The translations under genes and the position numbers were made by a program. From Eledone cirrhosa (Eukaryota): a DNA stretch of 64,000 nucleotides. This document shows positions 57,361 through 64,000 of this stretch, piece after piece (within the stretch, counting starts at the first letter, position 1; every line of letters begins with the position of its first letter). The notes under the pieces are model-generated. The model was not told where the DNA came from. It did not search any database and saw only the letters and a list, made by a program, of their open reading frames with translations. Where the stretch lies: assembly GCA_964016885.1 (NCBI GenBank), contig OZ024745.1:52328001-52392000 (forward strand), given 5' to 3'.

Positions 57361-58723
57361 AGAAAATAGGAAAATCAATTATTTATTTCTGCCCCTGGAG
57401 TATTTACACGAACGCAAAGAAAAACATACGGGTCTAGAATAAAATGTACGTAAAATACGTCGTACAGTACGGGACAGAAAAGCGGAGCTGTATATAGAGA
57501 CAAAGAAACACATAGAACGCAGAGAAGAAAATGTTGGCTGGTTATAATAAAACAATTAAATGGAGTGTAAAACACCGAGATAATATACAAGCCAATGTTC
57601 AATTGATAGGAGAAGAGATATGTCACAATAAAAAAACTTCTTTACAAAAGAAGAAAATGGGAGTTGCTTGAGTCACTGACAATACTGCATTATTGGCAAC
57701 GTGTACACAACTGTGTGGTCACAGCCAGACAAGCGGCACCGTTGATAGTGTCCAAAATAATGTATGTGAATTATATATATAAATTTTGAATATATTACTT
57801 TCTCATTTTCCCATACTTTTTACCTAATAACTTTGTCTCATATATCCTCTTGTTACTAGCTCCTTTTGCTTTGAACTCTACTTTCGAACGTGAATAACCA
57901 AACCTAATGAAAACATTGTCCTAACTAAATCTAAGAAAAACATCAACTTCTCATAAGCTTTTTTTAAATGTTTTCTTAGATGCTTGTCTTCGCAAATCTA
58001 TTCCGCTATTCGAAATTAATGAAGAGTTCCCACTAGTAAATTTTACTCCAATTTCCTTTCTCTTGCAACAAATTGTGAAATCGAAAGAGAAGTATTCTTT
58101 TATTTATGAGATCTTAGACTGCTACCAATGGATTGAATTACTGCAAGTTCCGGTCGTATATTTAAAGCCTAATCGAATTTATTGCTAGCATTTGTGTGAG
58201 TCGCAAATGTTACTATTAAGTATAAGTATCCATTATTTCTAGACATATTTCGCGTTGATGAATGCCCCGAGTGTCCATTAATATTTTATAACCTCAGGTT
58301 TCCAACAAATGTTATGTTATAATTATTAGAAATGTGTGATAGTTCTCCTATTTCCAGTTATATGTTTCTATATAGTTAGGAATGTTACTGTCCAACTACG
58401 TTCAATCCCAAACTGCGGCAATCCCAGATGAAATCAAACCACATAACAGAATTTGTGGAGGCATATTATGTGCAGATGGATAGAAAATCGTGAAACTTAG
58501 GGGTTTGGCGAGCTAATATTAGTCAGATATATGTGAGATGATTACAGGTTAAAGCACCCAACCTTGTGTTAGTGTATGTGCTTGTGTATGTGTGTATCGG
58601 TAAGTGTGTACGACTATATATTTATGAATATGTTTTACACCTCATAGGTAGTCACATTAAAAATGGCAAGGTGTGTGTACACATATGTTGGTTGATACAT
58701 AGTTCTGTATGTGTGGGATATTG

Positions 58724-58764
<41 letters not shown>

Positions 58765-58982
58765 GTATGTGTTGGTTATTTACCGACAACTCAGCATGCA
58801 GGTCAGGGCACTCAACGAAGAGCGCAGGCTGGTTTGTTTACTCCGGAGTAATGTAAAAATAAGAAGTGCTAGTCTACATGGTAAAGTTAGCTTCTTTTTT
58901 CATATTCGCTGCTATATATATTTCAATGATAGCCATTATTAGCTATGACATCATCAGGCAGTAAGTTTTTAAACAGATAAAT

Positions 58983-59797
58983 CAGTAAGACATGATGTTG
59001 TAATGGGTTCTACCCTGGTAATTCATTGATATGCCCAACTCCTGGGGGTGTTGTTAGTCCTCTACGGAATTGGAAGCACATGGTTAAGAAAAAACAATTT
59101 CAGCGTCCAAAGGACATGCCCCCACCTCGTTGATCACATAACATACCTCCCCACCAGCCAAAATTCTATTGACTTGATTGTATTTCTTTACACTTCTGGA
59201 TGTTAACCCACATATTTTACTTGTTTTAACACACACGCGTTTTTTAGCATCTCCCACTATAAGATCTAGTGGCAGAGAGAAGCACTGAATTCTATCAGCC
59301 TACATACATAAATTCTTCCTGCCAACACAGTACAGGGGACTGTAGTTGACCTGCTAACTGACCTGCTCACACCAATACCACTACCATCACGGTGAATGAG
59401 GTCAGCCGGACTAGAACATACAGTTTAAAAGCAATAATTGTTTCTACTTTTTGGCACAAGGCCAGCAATTACCCAGTGATTTACTGGTACTTTATTTTAT
59501 CGACCCCGTAAAGATGAAAGGCAAAGTTAACCTCGGCGGGATTTGAACTCAGATCAAGCAATAATAGCAGCCTAACATGTTTCTGAAGAATTTCAGTAGA
59601 CTTTCGGCTGGGAGGGGGGGGGGGGGTTGGGTAGAATATCTGACCAATGAGATGGGGTATGTCCTTTGGACGCTAAAATTCGTTCATTTTTTTTACCACA
59701 TGCTTCAAGTTCCTTAGAGTACTAACAACACCCCCAGGAGATGGGCATATCAATGCATTAACAGGCTAGAACCCATTACAATGACATGTCTTCCAGT
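58983..59797. mobile_element. MITE / non-autonomous DNA transposon with ~150-bp TIRs
   Basis: 58987-59140 is an imperfect reverse complement of 59637-59792 (agacatg..taatgggttcta..ctcctgggggtgttgttagt..agcgtccaaaggacat). Confidence 0.75.
59433..59555 (-). mobile_element. 5'-truncated SINE nested in the MITE, with TSD aagcaataat
   Basis: aagcaataat at about 59429 and 59557. Confidence 0.88.
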
Positions 59798-59812
59798 ATA
59801 TATATATATATA

Positions 59813-60085
59813 AACGGAAAAAATGAAACGAAATTTCATTTCCCACTCTTAGTACGGCTGTTACTTAAATATAGACATACATACATATAATGTATACAGA
59901 CGTACAGTAATATGTATATATAGATATATACATACATGCACACATATATATATGTACGTATGGATTCACCGAACATTTATTATAATGATCGGTGTGTTTG
60001 TAAACAAACATCCCGTATTAAGCCGTAGTGTCCAGCAACCATCGTTGCTCGTTTGTTCAACACTGACAAAAGAACGCTGTACTAG

Positions 60086-60088
<3 letters not shown>
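59813..60088 (-). mobile_element. Family C repeat copy, cut inside the HHR
   Basis: Matches 3859-4138, ends at tactagtt and is followed by (TA)n. Confidence 0.85.
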
Positions 60089-60153
<65 letters not shown>

Positions 60154-60171
60154 ATGTATAATCTTGAGTTT

Positions 60172-60248
60172 TCTCCTGATGAGTCTGTTACTCTGGATAT
60201 ATCCTGATAATAGGATGTCTAAATATACGGACGAAATCATGGTAGAGA
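60172..60248 (+). ncRNA. Type I hammerhead ribozyme, canonical core, extended stem II (family G)
   Basis: tctc-CTGATGA-gtctgt[..atcctgataataggat..]acggac-GAA-ATC at GGT-A-gaga, with a GUA triplet. Confidence 0.82.
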
Positions 60249-60709
60249 TATAATTACGGTATGTACACATTTCTTCTAAGTTTGAATTTACACCTAATTG
60301 TGTATGGTTGACGGTTTATTTAGTCAGTTTCTACATGCTGTTGAAATGTTGGATAAATACTCTATTGGGGCCACAGCGAAGAGGCCGCTTTTGGTTATTT
60401 GTCGAACATTTCTTCATAGGAACCTTTATTCTTATAGCCTGCTCTAATTGATTTTTTACATGGTTAATTATGCTAATTGGGAGAGGAAATTGTGTATAGT
60501 TTATCTAATAATTCTAAGTACATGATTTATGATATATATATATATATATAAAATGAAATTTCATTACTCATACATACTTATATATATATTTATACTTGGG
60601 GAGGGTCATATTGTTGTAATAATATTGCCAGAATTATTAACAGAACGGACTCACTGTTTCGTAGGTTTTCGCTTCTGTATCTTTTATATCAGTTAATTGG
60701 AGGTATATA

Positions 60710-60784
<75 letters not shown>

Positions 60785-60908
60785 AGGAGGTGAGTTTTAT
60801 TGTAGTACAATAAAGCAATGCAGATATCGGGTAAGTAGCATTCTACAGTTTGTAGGACTGGATTATAAATAATATATAAGATCAAAAGATGGTTAAAAGT
60901 GTTTCATG

Positions 60909-60979
60909 TATTTTATTATGCGCATTTCAAAAACAAATATCATCATTCGATGACATTTGCGTTTTCGTCATATAAAATA
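60909..60979 (-). ncRNA. Hammerhead ribozyme, C3 mutated (family H)
   Basis: tattttat-ATGACGA-aaac gcaaatgtcatc gaat gatgatatttgt tttt-GAA-ATGCGCAT-A-ataaaata. It has an 8-bp stem I, a long stem II and a palindromic stem III. Confidence 0.72.
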
Positions 60980-61362
60980 GGGAGACATGATATGAAGGTT
61001 AAAAAATACTTGTGAATAGTGGAGTTTTAAATCAACATTTAAGAATAATATTTAAACATAGAAATGACCCAGCAGATAGGCAAATCAGAGAGGCCAGCGA
61101 AATACAACTTAGAAGGCCAAGGCTAAATAGAAAAAAATGAATGGAATAACAACAACACCCAAACAAACAACACTGACCTAAGATATGTATAAATAAATAA
61201 ATAAATACATACACAAACACAACAACAAACACATATAAACACACACTAGTAAACTAAGATAGAATACAATAACCGATACACAGTCACCCAAACACGAACA
61301 CACATCAAACAAAACAATATACACACACGCAAACACATGCGCAGAGAACACAAAAAATAAAT

Positions 61363-61915
61363 AAATAAACAAACTAAATAAAGATGGCGTAGGCATACAA
61401 TACAACGGGAGGAAACATAATAGCACCATTGACGATGTTGCAGATGTGCAACGAAAGAACTTTGTTAGACTATATATACGTGTTTGTGTCTATATTGTAT
61501 CTGTATTTTTGACCGTTGGTCAGTCAATGGTAACATTGAGGACCGAATAAATTAAATTAACCGATATTCAAGAAACAGCAGCGAAAACCAACCAAACAGT
61601 GAGTGTGTTCTGTTATTAATTCTGCCAATATTATTACACAAATATAAGGGCGGTGAATCGCAGTATCGGTAGAGGGTTGGATTATGCTATTCAGCAGAGT
61701 TACGTCCCTTTACGATCTGAGTTCAATTCCCACCGAGGTTAACTTTACCTTTGATCCTTATGGGGTCGATAAAATAAAGTACCAGTAATGTCCTGGGATA
61801 ATTGCTGGCCTTGTGCAGAAAAGTAGAAACAATTATTACACAAATATAACCCTCCCCAAGTATAACAATATTTGTTTCGACACACGATTTCATATCAAAA
61901 ACCTCGCAAAACTAA
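61363..61915 (-). repeat. Family D repeat copy interrupted by a SINE
   Basis: Reverse complement of 13135-13495. Confidence 0.8.
61648..61838 (+). mobile_element. tRNA-derived SINE, full length, with TSD tattacacaaatataa
   Basis: TSD at about 61632-61647 and 61834-61849. Confidence 0.92.
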
Positions 61916-62329
61916 TATATATATATATATATATAAAGGAGATTAATAAATTAAGTTTAATACCAGTTTCTTACCAAATACGAAGAAGCTCGATATATTA
62001 ACCCCTTAGGAAATGACACACAACATAATTTTGTTTTCATTTATATATATATGTACATATATTGACGGTGGAACTGCAGGGGTGGGCATTTCCCCTTCAA
62101 TAATTATATTTTCTCCCAAATCTACCAATAACACACATCCATGTTGATATGCAGTTCAATTTATGTACATGTTATGTTTATCACATATCGAATTTTTCTG
62201 ACCATTTTAGAGTGCAAGGAGCTAAACTAATCACTACAACTAAATTATCCAAATTTGCCTTCCTCCCAATTCAGAAATCTCTCCACCACCCCTGTTAATA
62301 CACCTGAAACCAAATTTGGGAGAGGGATG

Positions 62330-62884
62330 AGTGTAGACAGAAAGACAATTCATAATTTCATTTTGTATGCCTCTTTCTCGGCAAAGTTTGTAATCAATTC
62401 AGCTAAACCAAGTGATAAACCCTGAGCATATTCAATTGAAAGCCAAGCCAACTAGTCTCTCTTGTAACATTTTAGAGTGAATGTAAGATTTTATAAGCTT
62501 GAGCTTTGAGCAAATACTCTTACCACTTTCCACTGATACTTGAAGTGTGGGAAGGATCCTCAATGCAATAGCAACATAAGGGAAAGTATCCAAAAGTTTT
62601 TGTTGCAAAAACTTGAGGCCTATAAAACGGCGCAATTGTAATTGTGTCCTGAATGTTTTGTATACGCGCGATTTGCACTCAGTCAATTTGCTTTTTCTGG
62701 TCAGACTGAATCTACCCGATTATTCTTGCCTATATGAAGTGAATGAGGATACGAAACGACCCTCAATTAAATTGAAATTTATTTATTTATTTTCTTAAAT
62801 TGTTGTTGATTTGGAGAAATGTGCCCCGTGAAATCAGCGCCCTATGCGGCTGCCTAGTTTGCCTATATGGTAGCGCCGTCCCTG
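62330..62884 (-). mobile_element. hAT DNA transposon remnant (C-terminal dimerisation domain and one terminus)
   Basis: TFPYVAIALRILPTLQVSVESGKSICSKLKLIKSYIHSKMLQERLVGLA matches the hATC consensus. The end gcgccgtccctg is similar to a CAGGGCCGGC-type TIR. Confidence 0.8.
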
Positions 62885-64000
62885 AGTCATGAAACGAATA
62901 TTCCTAGTTACGGGGTAAGCGACATTCCATTTCGAGTATCAAGAGAGAGTATTTTTTTATATAACACAAATAGGGTCATAAGTAACCGTGCAGTCTATCA
63001 TTTATATTTCGTTTTGCGCTAGGCTTCGCTCTTGAAAATTTCATTTTGAACACCATCAGAGCACGCAACTAGATGTTCTTGATACAGGTTTCTGAGTAAT
63101 GTATGGCTATCGGCAGAATTAGTACTGTGTAAGGCCGGGCCGTTAGTCTCCACAAACTATTTTGAGATGTCTGTACTGCAGTTCTGGGGAAGCCAAAACC
63201 TTACAATGCCAGTGATATTCACTGTAACACGTTTGACCAAATGTCTGGCATTAAACTCAGGAACTTGAACTCTGTGAATTTGGGAACGTTTTCTAAATTC
63301 GCCCCCTTAAACATAAGAGGTAGGTACAATTTAATCGAACGTTGTTTCAATGCGAACCTTTTCTACATCTACAATGTTCTTACGTCGTGTTTTGGATAGT
63401 TTCAGTATTTATTTTCATAAAAATGAAATGAGATTTTATGTTACCATTTAAGAAATAAGCCATTTTCAAAACATTTTACGGACTTCTTTACATGTGCATT
63501 AGATTTTAACTATTTTGAATATTGCTGCTGAAATGATAACTCTAAATGTGTCATAAACGTTTTACATATTTAAATACATTTCCACGTTAGTTGTTCATGC
63601 ATTCATGCTATGAAATATCTGCAGACTTATTGTACGCAATAATAAAATATTGAGATATACCTTAGTATAGATTCATTGTCCATTTCGTTTAATTAATTTA
63701 TGTTTGGAAGCATAAGGTAGGGGATATTTTTGGGACAGTGATAACTACACGATTTACCGAAATAACTTTAATACATAGAAAAGTTTATGTTTGCATCACG
63801 CAAAATTATCGATCTTTGCCTATAAATATAAATTTCAAAGTTAGTAAGAGACTTTCTTCCTATTTGTTAGCCGCAATGTACATGTGTCACAGTGCGTGTA
63901 CGCGTAAATGTTTGAAATAATGTGTATGTTTCTGTGTTATTGTGCTTAATATTCAAATGTCTAGCAGATAAATTCTCATGTTTGAACTGTATTTACCTGT

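Overview
This is AT-rich eukaryotic DNA dominated by (TA)n, (CA)n, (GA)n and (AAT)n microsatellites. The SINE family and repeat landscape suggest a cephalopod (Octopus-like) genome, which is an inference. I recognise no host protein-coding gene, and most short ORFs are microsatellite artefacts. The window holds decayed retroelements: a Penelope-like (PLE) RT at the left edge, a chimeric double Tx1/L1-clade LINE inside an (AAT)n tract, an R4/Dong-like LINE, CR1 and RTE fragments, ten copies of a tRNA-derived SINE, a hAT remnant and a MITE. The strongest unexplained signal is about 13 minimal type I hammerhead ribozyme (HHR) motifs from roughly 7-8 distinct sequence families. Seven have canonical cores and almost all abut (TA)n tracts. 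Three non-coding elements share one fold-back design: near-identical inverted arms, each with an outward-pointing HHR. They are a 3.9-kb element at 14784-18790, a 154-bp palindrome at 48739-48892 and a 630-bp element at 48972-49604. All structure calls were made by eye and are not computationally validated.
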